A stretch of DNA of 64,000 nt. Origin: Deltaproteobacteria bacterium. GTDB taxonomy: Bacteria > Desulfobacterota > DSM-4660 > Desulfatiglandales > HGW-15. Location of the stretch: positions 15,063 to 79,062 of the forward strand of contig JAFGFM010000094.1 in NCBI GenBank assembly GCA_016931115.1, read 5' to 3'. Of the stretch, positions 35,785 to 44,781 are shown piece by piece. The notes beneath the pieces are model-generated. The model ran no database searches. It saw nothing but the letters and a program-made list of their open reading frames with translations, and was not told where the DNA came from. Each line of letters starts with the position of its first letter. The first letter of the stretch is position 1. The translations under genes were made by a program, and so were the position numbers.

Positions 35785-36161
35785 TGATCCTTGATACATG
35801 CGGTCTTCTCTGGCTGGTTCATGATCAAAATAAAATGAGTCATAAAGCCCTTGAAATAATAAAAAATTCACCAGTTTTATACATCTCGGCAATTAGTTCA
35901 TTTGAGATAGGATTAAAATATAAGGCCGGTAAACTACTTTTACCTGCCCCGCCAAAAGAATGGTTTCAAGAAATTATTAAACATCACGATATTTCAATCA
36001 TTAATCTTGATAAAGATATTTGCCTGAAAGCAACAGAATTACCCGATATTCACAGGGATCCATGCGATAGATTTATTATTGCCACAGCATTGATCAAAAA
36101 AATGGCTGTTATTACGGCAGACACACGTTTTCAAGAATATGGAGTAACAGTTTATATTTAA
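35784..36161 (+). CDS. vapC: PIN-domain toxin (VapC family)
   Basis: MILDTCGLLWL, SSFEIG and DPCDRFIIATA blocks. ATG 35784 preferred to the track start 35766, which lies inside the antitoxin gene. Confidence 0.85.
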   Translation: MILDTCGLLWLVHDQNKMSHKALEIIKNSPVLYISAISSFEIGLKYKAGKLLLPAPPKEWFQEIIKHHDISIINLDKDICLKATELPDIHRDPCDRFIIATALIKKMAVITADTRFQEYGVTVYI

Positions 36162-36182
36162 TAGGAGATAGGGGGGGAGATT

Positions 36183-37727
36183 ATGAAAAAAAATTATTTG
36201 GTAGGATTATTTGTTGTACTCATATCCATTTCGTTTTCGTGCTCAAGAGGCTCAAATGACGCTTCAAACGGCCTTAATGTAATGGGCCCGGTTCAGGTAA
36301 CATCCGAGTCATACCCATTTAATGGGGCTGATCACACAGTTGTGCCCCAGAATATTGCCTTTTCAGGTTACATAGAAGAAGAATACTTTGTCAGCGGAAA
36401 GGCAAATGTCTATGATTATGACACAGCCGGAAAGGTTATTGTTAAACATGCTGATGCCCCCTATACTACAAGGATTCTTGTAAGACGTCCTGCTGATACA
36501 TCACGATTTAGCGGTAATGTGGTTCTTGAGTTAAATAATCCAACCAAAATGTTTGATATGGATCTTCAATGGATGTTTTGCAGGGATTTCTTTATAGAGA
36601 ATGGCGATATATGGGTTGGTATTACAGTAAAACCCATTGCGCTTAAGGCACTTCAGAAATTCAATCCTGATCGTTATAAATCATTATCAATGGATAATCC
36701 TGCCCCTCCTGACGAGAGATGTGAGATAAAACCTTCAACTTTAAATGATACTGCAAAAGAGACAGAAAACGGCCTTGCCTGGGATATAGTAAGTCAGATA
36801 GGTAAACTGCTTAAGGGCAGGGAGGATTCAAACCCTTTAAAAGGGTATGATGTGAAATACCTTATTGCCACAGGCTATTCACAGACAGGGGGTTACCTTA
36901 CAACATATATTAATCTTATTCATCCGCTTGATACTGCTAAAATGGCTGATGGCAGGCCGATATTTGACGGCTACATGATAGGTGATGGTGATGCATTTAT
37001 GGTGCCTATAAACCAGTGTGTTGATGCCCTGCCTCCTGGCGAAACCAACGTGACAATTAAGCCAAGCGGAGTGCCTGTTATTAGCGTTGTAACCCAGGGG
37101 GTGCTAAATTCCACGATCATTGCCAGACGGCCTGACAGTGATGATCCGGTTGACAGATTCAGGCGGTATGAAATACCGGGTGCTGCCCATGTTAATAAAA
37201 AAAGCATGGATAACTCACCAAATTCGGCAGATTCCGCAAAGGCAGGGGTGCCTGATTTAGTGTCAAAATGCGAAGGGGTTGATCAATATGGGGTAACCGA
37301 TTTCCCCATTGAGTTCTTCATGAACAGCGCATATCAGAATCTTTACTCATGGATCAGAACTGGCACTCTACCGCCAAAGGCAGAGCCTATTGTGACTGAA
37401 AAGGCCCCTGAAAAAAATGGGATAACAATAAAGCTTGATGAACATGAAAATGCCCTTGGTGGTGTAAGACATCCATATGTTGAAGCGCCTGTGGCAACAT
37501 ATTTCGGAAATAGTAAGGCCCTGGATGAGGCTAGTGGATTTTTCTGTTCCCTCGCAGGGTATAGGGTGCCCTTTGATGCTGAAAAGATAAAGGCTTTATA
37601 CCCGGCTAAGGAGGATTACCTTAAAAAGGTATATGATGTTACAGATAAGCTGGTTGCTGGGAGACTGTTAACAGAATCAGATGGGGAGAGGATAAAAACA
37701 GCAGCCAAGGATGTTAATGCTTGGTAA
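36183..37727 (+). CDS. lipoprotein, probable alpha/beta hydrolase
   Basis: Lipobox LISISFSC. GxSxG-type elbow ATGYSQTGGY. 514 aa. Family assignment not verified. Confidence 0.5.
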   Translation: MKKNYLVGLFVVLISISFSCSRGSNDASNGLNVMGPVQVTSESYPFNGADHTVVPQNIAFSGYIEEEYFVSGKANVYDYDTAGKVIVKHADAPYTTRILVRRPADTSRFSGNVVLELNNPTKMFDMDLQWMFCRDFFIENGDIWVGITVKPIALKALQKFNPDRYKSLSMDNPAPPDERCEIKPSTLNDTAKETENGLAWDIVSQIGKLLKGREDSNPLKGYDVKYLIATGYSQTGGYLTTYINLIHPLDTAKMADGRPIFDGYMIGDGDAFMVPINQCVDALPPGETNVTIKPSGVPVISVVTQGVLNSTIIARRPDSDDPVDRFRRYEIPGAAHVNKKSMDNSPNSADSAKAGVPDLVSKCEGVDQYGVTDFPIEFFMNSAYQNLYSWIRTGTLPPKAEPIVTEKAPEKNGITIKLDEHENALGGVRHPYVEAPVATYFGNSKALDEASGFFCSLAGYRVPFDAEKIKALYPAKEDYLKKVYDVTDKLVAGRLLTESDGERIKTAAKDVNAW

Positions 37728-37779
37728 TGGTGTTATGCGGAAGTAGTTACAGTATAATGCTAAAACATAAATATTTTTT

Positions 37780-37965
37780 CACCACGGAGAGCACGGAGAA
37801 CACGGGGTAACATTTTAAAAGATAAAGTCTCCGTGCTCTTGTATAGTTGAAGTGACAAATTAAAATTGAACCGCAAAGACGCAAAGGGCGCTAAGAAAAA
37901 CAAAATTTATTTATTGATATATAATAGAAAACTTTTCTCCGTGCTCTCCGTGTCCTTCGTGGTTT
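37780..37965. repeat. compound triple-9-mer repeat elements (CACGGAG and CGCAAAG types)
   Basis: caccacggagagcacggagaacacgggg ... ctccgtgctctt; then gaaccgcaaagacgcaaagggcgctaag ... tctccgtgctctccgtgtccttcgtggtt. Confidence 0.75.
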
Positions 37966-38017
37966 TTATCTGCATTTTCTTTATCTAACTGAAATTGTAA
38001 ATGGAGACTTTTTAAAT

Positions 38018-40078
38018 ATGCCCCGGATTCTTAAAATTATAATTCTATTAGTTTTGCTTATTTGTACTAATTCCTATGCTGAACTCGCACTCAAAGAGGT
38101 TCGAACTGCATCAAAGGATGTGCTTGCCCTCTTATTTACAAGCGATATTATTGATATCAATGAAGCGGATATCACCAATCCTGCGGTCTGGAAGATCAAT
38201 GGTGAGCCTGCAAAAGGGATATATAAGTATGTTATGCAGGCTGATCCATGTGATCATCATATCTATCTTGAGACTAATAACCTTAAAAAAGGGAAAAAAT
38301 ACTTTGTGCAGTCTCCTTATGGAAACACCGAATTTGTATACAACCCGGCGAATATCCTGTGTGAGTCTATAAAGATAAACCAGGCAGGTTACAATGCCCT
38401 GTCAAAAACAAGATACGCTAACTTTGCAATATGGCTGGGCACAGGAGGAAGCCGCAGGATACATGGGTTTTTACCAGGCTATAAAGTCATCAATATATCA
38501 TCAGGAAAAAAAATAAAAAAAGGCCGGTTAAAGAAGATTGGGAAGGATGAATCTTCCGGTGATTTTGTCTACCGCATTGATCTCTCCAAAGTACCTGAGG
38601 GCGGACCATATAAAATAGTTGTGGATGGATATGGTGCTTCATATCCATTCGGGGTGGGGGGTGAGTTCTCAAAACGCGCTGCCTATCTACTTTTCAGGGC
38701 TCAGTATTTGCAGCGCTGCGGGTGCCCTATTAAAAACCCTGATATACGTGAAAAACCATGTCATACCATTATCTATGATGTTGACGGCCCAATAGGCGAG
38801 GCAAATATCGAGGTTAAAGGTGATGAAAGGCAGTTCCGTGTATATGGCGGTTACCATGATGCAGGTGATGCTGACAGAAGGGCGTATCATATATCAAACC
38901 CGATAATAAATTTGATGATATATGAGGCCTTTCCTGAATATTTTTATGATAACCAGTATGACATCCCCGGAGAATTCGATGCAGAATTCAATATAAAGAG
39001 CTATAGGAATAATATCCCGGATATCATCGATGAGGCTGAATGGGGGGCGCTCCCATGGGAATATCTGCAGAATGAGGATGGCAGTGTTCACTTTGGCACA
39101 GAGACAAAGGGATACCCTGAGCCGTTTGCTGCTCCAATGGACAGGGATACCAAGAAATATGGGACTGTAGCCATAGATAACAGGGCCACCAGCACATGCG
39201 CAGGGCTCTTTATGCATCTTGCAAGGATCATAAAGCCATATGACAAAGAACGATCTGATCAACTGGTTGATCGCGCTGAAAGGGCTTTCATTTTTAGTGA
39301 AAAGGATATGGCTGCCCCTGAAAGGCTCTATTATTATATCCAGAAATATCTGCTTACAGGCAGTGGTGAGGCACATCAAAAGGTAAAAGAGCTTTACAAG
39401 GCTGCTGAATCTCTTAAAAAGAACCTGTATGCCACACCCGGTTATTCACTTAATGATGCGGGCTTTGACAACCCGGCCTATATCTTTTCCTACATTGTTG
39501 CTAAGGATGTCCCTGTTGATACTGTAATAGTTGAATACTTCAAAAGCGCTATTAAAGAGGCTGCCGACAGCAATATTGAAGAATTAAAAAAACATGCATA
39601 CCCTGTTGGCAATGATTCAAAGACAGGTGGCTGGGGGCACAACGTAAGGCAGCCACTCTATGCATGTGCACCCATGCTTTATTATCGTCTCAGCGGGGAT
39701 CAGAAATATCTGGATGCTGCATCAGAACTCATGGATTACAAGCTGGGGCTTAATCCACTTAATATCTCCTATGTGACAGGGCTTGGTTTTAACCGGGTGC
39801 ATAACCCCCATGACCGTGAAAGTGCCTATACCATATCAAAAGGGTGGGGGCCAAAGCCAGGTATCACTGTATTTGGTCCGGGCATACCGGGGTGGAGTGG
39901 TGGAAACGCAAAGGTGCTTCCTGCAGTAAAAGAACTGGTAAGTGAACGCCTTTATGTGGATGACAGGGAGTTAATATCATTCAATGAGTTTACCATCTTT
40001 GAGACAATGACCCATGATGCCCTTTATACAGTGCTTGCGAATGGAGGGAAGTGGGATGGGGAGGATCCATTTAAATAA
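38018..40078 (+). CDS. glycoside hydrolase family 9 (endoglucanase-like) with N-terminal Ig-like domain, secreted
   Basis: Signal peptide. GH9 signature YGGYHDAGDADRR (DAGD). Later SYVTGLG and SFNEFTIFET (catalytic NE). Confidence 0.7.
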   Translation: MPRILKIIILLVLLICTNSYAELALKEVRTASKDVLALLFTSDIIDINEADITNPAVWKINGEPAKGIYKYVMQADPCDHHIYLETNNLKKGKKYFVQSPYGNTEFVYNPANILCESIKINQAGYNALSKTRYANFAIWLGTGGSRRIHGFLPGYKVINISSGKKIKKGRLKKIGKDESSGDFVYRIDLSKVPEGGPYKIVVDGYGASYPFGVGGEFSKRAAYLLFRAQYLQRCGCPIKNPDIREKPCHTIIYDVDGPIGEANIEVKGDERQFRVYGGYHDAGDADRRAYHISNPIINLMIYEAFPEYFYDNQYDIPGEFDAEFNIKSYRNNIPDIIDEAEWGALPWEYLQNEDGSVHFGTETKGYPEPFAAPMDRDTKKYGTVAIDNRATSTCAGLFMHLARIIKPYDKERSDQLVDRAERAFIFSEKDMAAPERLYYYIQKYLLTGSGEAHQKVKELYKAAESLKKNLYATPGYSLNDAGFDNPAYIFSYIVAKDVPVDTVIVEYFKSAIKEAADSNIEELKKHAYPVGNDSKTGGWGHNVRQPLYACAPMLYYRLSGDQKYLDAASELMDYKLGLNPLNISYVTGLGFNRVHNPHDRESAYTISKGWGPKPGITVFGPGIPGWSGGNAKVLPAVKELVSERLYVDDRELISFNEFTIFETMTHDALYTVLANGGKWDGEDPFK

Positions 40079-40099
40079 AGAAAAAATGGGTTCGAGCCT

Positions 40100-40179
40100 G
40101 TAGGGGCAGGCCTGTGTGCCTGCCCGTGGTGCCGGTTCACACACCCAAATACCGGGCGGACACGCAGGTCCGCCCCTAC
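40100..40179. repeat. GC-rich double-hairpin element (GTAGGGGC...GCCCCTAC family), copy 3
   Basis: gtaggggcaggcctgtgtgcctgccc ... aaataccgggcggacacgcaggtccgcccctac. Collinear with 27533-27613. Confidence 0.85.
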
Positions 40180-40250
40180 GATGGCGCAGCAAGCAGGCGC
40201 CCCTATAACCTTCAATGAAATTCAGATCAAAATGTCTTTTCTTTGTTTTT

Positions 40251-40335
40251 CATTGGAAGTTGAACATTGGACGTTCGATGTTGGACGTTCATCTTTTCCG
40301 CTCGAATCCTTGGCCCCTTGAATCCTAGACCCCTG
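40251..40335. repeat. short tandem repeats (ttggacgttc x2; gaatcctNgNcccct x2)
   Basis: cattggacgttcgatgttggacgttcat and cgaatccttggccccttgaatcctagacccctg, read directly, just beyond the stop of the TPP-enzyme gene. Confidence 0.7.
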
Positions 40336-40340
40336 CCTTT

Positions 40341-42008
40341 CTACGCCTTATTCTCGATAAACACCTCAATAAGCCTGGGATGATTATTCTTAACCGCATC
40401 CTTAAGGGCCTTTTCAAGATCATCCGGCTCTTTAACCTGTGCACCTTTGACACCCATTGCTTCTGCAAGCCCTTTAAAATTAATGACAGGTTCATCAATA
40501 TCCATACCTGCATGTTTTTCAGTAAGTACATAATCGCCCAGCACATGTCTTCTTACCAGTTTCACCTGCCGGTAGACCCCGTTATTGGTAATCACAAATG
40601 TTACAGGGATATTGTACCTTGCAGCAGTCCATAAACTTTGCATGCCCCATGCAGCGCTGCCGTCACCGCACACGGCTATGATCTTTTTATCCGGTGCGCC
40701 AAGGGCTGCACCCATTGCACCGGGAAGACCCCAGCCTATGCTTCCGCCCTTGCGTGCTCGAATAAATTGACCGGCATTTTTAAGGTCAACAACCTGCCTG
40801 AGCATCTGGGAAGATGACCAGCAGTCATCAACTATTACTGTATTTTCACCAGTGAGATTATCTATCTCCTTCATGAGCCTTGATACCGCAATCGGTGTGT
40901 TGTTTTGTTCGGCCTCAACCTGTTTTTTGAGAATATTGGTTTTTTCAGATTTCTGTTTTTCTATTTCCTGTTTTCTCTTTTCTATTTTCCTGATTATCTC
41001 TTCAGGAAGACAATTTTCAAGGGCGCTGTTAAGTTCCGTTAATACAGCTTTGATATCCCCCTGCATGCCGCAGTCGGTTGCCATGTTCTTCCCCAGTTCC
41101 CACGGGTTTTCATCAATATGCATAACCCTGATATTTTGCGGCAGTATATCTTCAGGGTTATAAAAACTGGGGCTAAAGATTGAACAGCCTATTCCAATCA
41201 GCAAATCAGCATCCTTAAGGGTCTCTCTTGTATTTGGCATAGAAGGGTCAAGGTCACCCATATAGAGTGGATGCCTTACAGGAAAATTCACATCTGACAT
41301 CCAGGCCTGATAGACCATTGAACCGGTCAGCTCTGCAAATCTTACAACCTCGTCAAGGGCATTACACCTTGTGACGCCGCTTTCTACCATGATAACAGGA
41401 TGACTGGCCGTTTTAATAAGATCAACAGCCTGCTCAATGGCCCTGCTGTCCGCACCTGTTTCTGAATATATGGAACTCTTTTTTACCCCTTTGAAATCTA
41501 TCTCCTGATTCATAATGTTCTGGGGCAGGGATACAAGCACCGGCCCCTTTGGGTGCTGTAATGCCATCTTGAATGCACGCTGCATAATCATGGGGATCTC
41601 TTCAGCATGATGGATTTCAGTACACCACTTGGTAAATATCTTGCCCATGCCCACAATATCGCCTGTAAGGTGGGGATCCTGCTGCAGGAGGCGTGTATCC
41701 TGCTGACCGGCAGTAATAACAAGGGGCACCCCTCCTGCCTGCGCATTATAAAGCATGGCAAGCGCGCCTGCCACGCCCGGCCCTGTATGGAGGTTTAAAA
41801 ATCCTGGTTTACCTGTGACCCTTGCATAGCCTTCTGCCATACCGGCTGATACCAGTTCGTTTAGCCCAAGTATATATTTTATGCCTGTGGTTTTTTCCAG
41901 CGCATCCATGAACAGCACCTCTGTTGCCCCTGGTATGCCAAAGACATATTCAACCCCTTCACTTTTTAATACCTCTATTAATGCCTCTGCACCTTTGATT
42001 TTTGGCAT
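40341..42008 (-). CDS. thiamine-pyrophosphate-dependent enzyme (acetolactate synthase / benzoylformate decarboxylase family)
   Basis: N-terminal Pyr domain GVEYVFGIPGATEV. TPP-binding motif GDGSAAWGMQSLWTAARYNIPVTFVITNNGVY. 555 aa. Confidence 0.85.
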   Translation of the reverse strand: MPKIKGAEALIEVLKSEGVEYVFGIPGATEVLFMDALEKTTGIKYILGLNELVSAGMAEGYARVTGKPGFLNLHTGPGVAGALAMLYNAQAGGVPLVITAGQQDTRLLQQDPHLTGDIVGMGKIFTKWCTEIHHAEEIPMIMQRAFKMALQHPKGPVLVSLPQNIMNQEIDFKGVKKSSIYSETGADSRAIEQAVDLIKTASHPVIMVESGVTRCNALDEVVRFAELTGSMVYQAWMSDVNFPVRHPLYMGDLDPSMPNTRETLKDADLLIGIGCSIFSPSFYNPEDILPQNIRVMHIDENPWELGKNMATDCGMQGDIKAVLTELNSALENCLPEEIIRKIEKRKQEIEKQKSEKTNILKKQVEAEQNNTPIAVSRLMKEIDNLTGENTVIVDDCWSSSQMLRQVVDLKNAGQFIRARKGGSIGWGLPGAMGAALGAPDKKIIAVCGDGSAAWGMQSLWTAARYNIPVTFVITNNGVYRQVKLVRRHVLGDYVLTEKHAGMDIDEPVINFKGLAEAMGVKGAQVKEPDDLEKALKDAVKNNHPRLIEVFIENKA

Positions 42009-42154
42009 CTATATTCTCCTTTAAATTTTTATCATTCTCTATTAATTTGGGGTTAATATATAAACAATCGTTTTCGCTTTCAAATAATTTCTAAAACAAT
42101 GATAAAAATTACTTTCATAATCAATCATATCAGGCGTCTATCAATGAAAAAATC

Positions 42155-42180
42155 GTAGAGACAAGGCATGCCTTGTCTCT
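42155..42180. repeat. palindromic REP-like element, copy 3
   Basis: tagagacaaggcatgccttgtctcta is a perfect 26-bp palindrome. It lies in the divergent intergenic region between the TPP-enzyme and DUF169 genes. Confidence 0.85.
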
Positions 42181-42290
42181 AAAGGTGTAGAAATAATAAC
42201 AACATTCAGGACAACATCATCACTTGATAGAAAAAATCATATGTTTTATAGTGGGACAATATTTATCATTTATTCTAAGGAGGAAATCCA

Positions 42291-43040
42291 ATGTCAGATA
42301 TCAGTGAATATAATCGTTATGGCGAGGAGCTGGAGAGAAAGTTTGCGCTTCGTACCTCCCCGATTGCTGTAAAGATGCTTAAACCGGAAGATACGATACC
42401 TTCCGGGGCAATCAGGCCATCAATAGAACTGGGGCACCCTATTGCACAGTGTCAGGCATTTGCATTATCACGAAGAGATAACAAGACCATTGCAATGCTG
42501 AAGGAGGATAATAACTGCTTTGCCCCATTAATAGCCTATGGGCATGTGGAGAGGCCTGATGACCCGCAATACAGACTTTTTATGAGGTTTCCTGCCTTTG
42601 AAATGGGCAAATATAAGGGGATTGTCTCAGCACCCTTGAAGAGCGCCAACTTTGAACCGGATGTTATTATCATCTATTCAAACAGCGCGCAGATGAGGGG
42701 GCTTATCATGCCTCTCCATTTTATGCAAAAGGAGGATGATGTTGTATACCACTTTTTCCCTCCTGTTTGCTCATATCTTCTGGTACCGGTAATGCAGAAT
42801 CAGAAATACATGGTTGCACTCCCTGACCCTGGGGAGCACATGAGAGCGCTTTCGGGTGAAGATGAGATTATTATTTCCATTCCAGGTTCAAGGCTTAAGG
42901 AGCTTGTAGAGGGGCAGAAACAGACAGAGGCGTATAAGCAGGGTTACAGGGATATTAATTATATGATGAACTATAACTTTCCGCTCCCGCCGCTGTATCA
43001 GGATCTGTTTAAGAGGTGGGGGATGGGGGATAAAAGCTAG
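42291..43040 (+). CDS. DUF169-family protein
   Basis: 249 aa. N-terminal ALRTSPIAVKML and Cys-containing core (AQCQAFALS...NNCFAP), recalled as DUF169-like. aaggagg RBS. Not searched. Confidence 0.5.
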   Translation: MSDISEYNRYGEELERKFALRTSPIAVKMLKPEDTIPSGAIRPSIELGHPIAQCQAFALSRRDNKTIAMLKEDNNCFAPLIAYGHVERPDDPQYRLFMRFPAFEMGKYKGIVSAPLKSANFEPDVIIIYSNSAQMRGLIMPLHFMQKEDDVVYHFFPPVCSYLLVPVMQNQKYMVALPDPGEHMRALSGEDEIIISIPGSRLKELVEGQKQTEAYKQGYRDINYMMNYNFPLPPLYQDLFKRWGMGDKS

Positions 43041-43169
43041 GTGCAGGGCGCAAGGCGCAGGGAAAGATTGGGCTCAGGGCGCAAGGAAAGGCTGGGCGCA
43101 GGGCACAGGGCTCAAGGCGCAAGGAAAAGACGTTTAAAGATTTACCTTGTGCCCTGTGCCTTGCGCCTG
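43041..43169. repeat. triple-9-mer inverted-repeat element (CAGGGCGCAAGG type)
   Basis: Repeated cagggcgcaagg / gcgcagggcacagggctcaaggcgcaagg units, then ccttgtgccctgtgccttgcgcctg. This repeat generates the spurious Arg/Gly-rich N-terminus of track ORF 43041. Confidence 0.75.
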
Positions 43170-43208
43170 TACTTAACAACTTTTTTTATCCATTTAAACG
43201 GTTTTAAC

Positions 43209-44378
43209 ATGACTAAATCACAAATGAAATCGACTTCCTTCCTTCCCGATTATTCCGGTAACAGTATCGTTAACCTGATGAGTTCCATACGGGCTATTTA
43301 TGGAAATGATCATCTTTATCCCCTGCTTGATGGGTTTGATATCGGGCCTTTTAAAGATAAGAATATTGTCTTTATCGTTATTGATGCCCTTGGCTATAAT
43401 TTGTTGATGGAATATGGTGATGATACATTTCTAAAAAAGCACACCATACGAAAAATGACATCAGTTTTTCCATCAAGCACTGCCTCTGCATATATCAGCC
43501 TTATAACCGGGGTTGCGCCGCAACAGCATGGACTTATCGGGTGGTTTATGTATTTAAGGGAGACAGGTATCATTACAAGCATTCTCCCCTTTATCACAAA
43601 GGCGGGTGGTATCCCACTTCGCAATATTCCCTTCACAGATATCTTTGACCAGGATACTGCTTTTACGGGCTTAGATGCGGCCTCATACTCGATTATCCAT
43701 AAGAGCTATGCAAACTCACAATGCTCTGCCTCCATAACAAAAGGCTCAAAGAAAAAGGCATATTCAGATATTAAGGGGTTTTTCAGTAATATAGAAAATA
43801 TCCTTGATTCAGGCGATAACAGGAAATTTATATTTGCATACTGGGATCAGATTGACAAAATCGCCCATGAAAAAGGCATTAAGAGCAATGAAACCCTTGA
43901 TGAGCTGAAAAAGATAGACACTGAAATCTCAAAGCTTGCCCTGTTACTGAATAAGTATAATGCCTCACTTATTGTTACCTCTGATCATGGGATGGTAGAT
44001 TCATCAGAAAGGAATACGATAAGGCTCTCTGATCACCCTATCCTCAACGATACCCTTACACTCCCTCTTACAGGAGACCCGAGGGTTGCATACTGTTATG
44101 TAAAATCTCATATGGAGATGGAGTTTGAGCAATATATTGCGAAAAATCTTGAGGATTGCTGCCATATCTATAAAAGCCGTGACATTATTGAAAAGGGTTT
44201 TTTCGGTCTTTATGAACCAAACAGGAAGCTGTATCAGAGGACAGGTGATTATACCCTTGTCATGAAGAAAAATTATATGATACGTGAGGCGCTCTCAGGC
44301 GAAAAAAACAAGGAGCTCATCGGGATACACGGGGGTTTGACAGAGGATGAGATGTTTAGCCCTCTTATTGTAATATAG
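43209..44378 (+). CDS. alkaline-phosphatase-superfamily protein (nucleotide pyrophosphatase/phosphodiesterase-like)
   Basis: IVFIVIDALGYNLL, nucleophile region MTSVFPSSTASAYISLITG, and VTSDHGM metal-site motif. Start moved to ATG 43209, downstream of the repeat. Confidence 0.7.
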   Translation: MTKSQMKSTSFLPDYSGNSIVNLMSSIRAIYGNDHLYPLLDGFDIGPFKDKNIVFIVIDALGYNLLMEYGDDTFLKKHTIRKMTSVFPSSTASAYISLITGVAPQQHGLIGWFMYLRETGIITSILPFITKAGGIPLRNIPFTDIFDQDTAFTGLDAASYSIIHKSYANSQCSASITKGSKKKAYSDIKGFFSNIENILDSGDNRKFIFAYWDQIDKIAHEKGIKSNETLDELKKIDTEISKLALLLNKYNASLIVTSDHGMVDSSERNTIRLSDHPILNDTLTLPLTGDPRVAYCYVKSHMEMEFEQYIAKNLEDCCHIYKSRDIIEKGFFGLYEPNRKLYQRTGDYTLVMKKNYMIREALSGEKNKELIGIHGGLTEDEMFSPLIVI

Positions 44379-44443
44379 AATCGTTTCTTTACCACAGGTA
44401 TCTTTAGTGTTATTATTTATAAAAATCATAAATGGAGGTAATC

Positions 44444-44746
44444 ATGCTTGAAGAGATAAAAAAAGGTCTGCTCTCAGGGCTTGGCGCTGTGTTTCTTACA
44501 AAGGAAAAGATAGAAAGGATCACGCGCACAATGGTTGACGAGGCAAAGATCAGCAAAGAGGATGCCCATAACCTGAAGGAAGAGCTCTATAAAACAGGCG
44601 AACGCGAATGGTCTGAGCTGGAAGAGATGTTTTCAGGCATCATAAAGAAGATCATGCAGGGGCTTGATCTGTGCAGCAGGAAAGAGATGGCTGAGTTACA
44701 GAAAAGGGTTGAGGAGCTTGAAAAACGCAATGGGGCAGGGGTTTAA
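44444..44746 (+). CDS. phasin-like small coiled-coil protein
   Basis: GLGAVFLTKEKIERITRTMVDEAKISKEDAHNLKEEL resembles COG3937-type phasin-family proteins. ggagg lies 5 nt before ATG 44444. Confidence 0.4.
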   Translation: MLEEIKKGLLSGLGAVFLTKEKIERITRTMVDEAKISKEDAHNLKEELYKTGEREWSELEEMFSGIIKKIMQGLDLCSRKEMAELQKRVEELEKRNGAGV

Positions 44747-44781
44747 TTGAACATCGATTATCAAATACAGGTGAACTGAGA

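Noticed and set aside
30100-38000. Possibility that the cassette-like island is a chromosomal integron array, with the hairpin repeats acting as attC sites.
   Set aside because: No intI integrase, attI site or Pc promoter is present in the window. Cassette orientations are mixed. The repeats lack the R''/L''...L'/R' (GTTRRRY) core sites of attC.
39977-40215. ORFs 39977-40192(-) and 40024-40215(-).
   Set aside because: They are generated by the GTAGGGGC...GCCCCTAC repeat element and overlap the 3' end of the GH9 gene. The peptides are repeat-derived and rich in P/A/G/C/R.
42009-42290. TPP riboswitch or other leader upstream of the TPP-dependent enzyme gene.
   Set aside because: There is no CUGAGA/ACCUGA-type TPP-riboswitch core. 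The enzyme uses TPP rather than making it, and the only structure in the region is the REP palindrome.
30243-43169. Possibility that the recurring hairpin repeats form a CRISPR array.
   Set aside because: The repeats are not identical, are not regularly spaced by unique spacers, and are spread between genes. No cas genes are present.
43041-43208. N-terminal 56 aa (MQGARRRERLGSGRKERLGAGHRAQGARKRR...) of track ORF 43041-44378.
   Set aside because: This stretch is the translation of a GC-rich triple-9-mer hairpin repeat that starts right at the DUF169 stop. The alkaline-phosphatase-family homology begins after ATG 43209.
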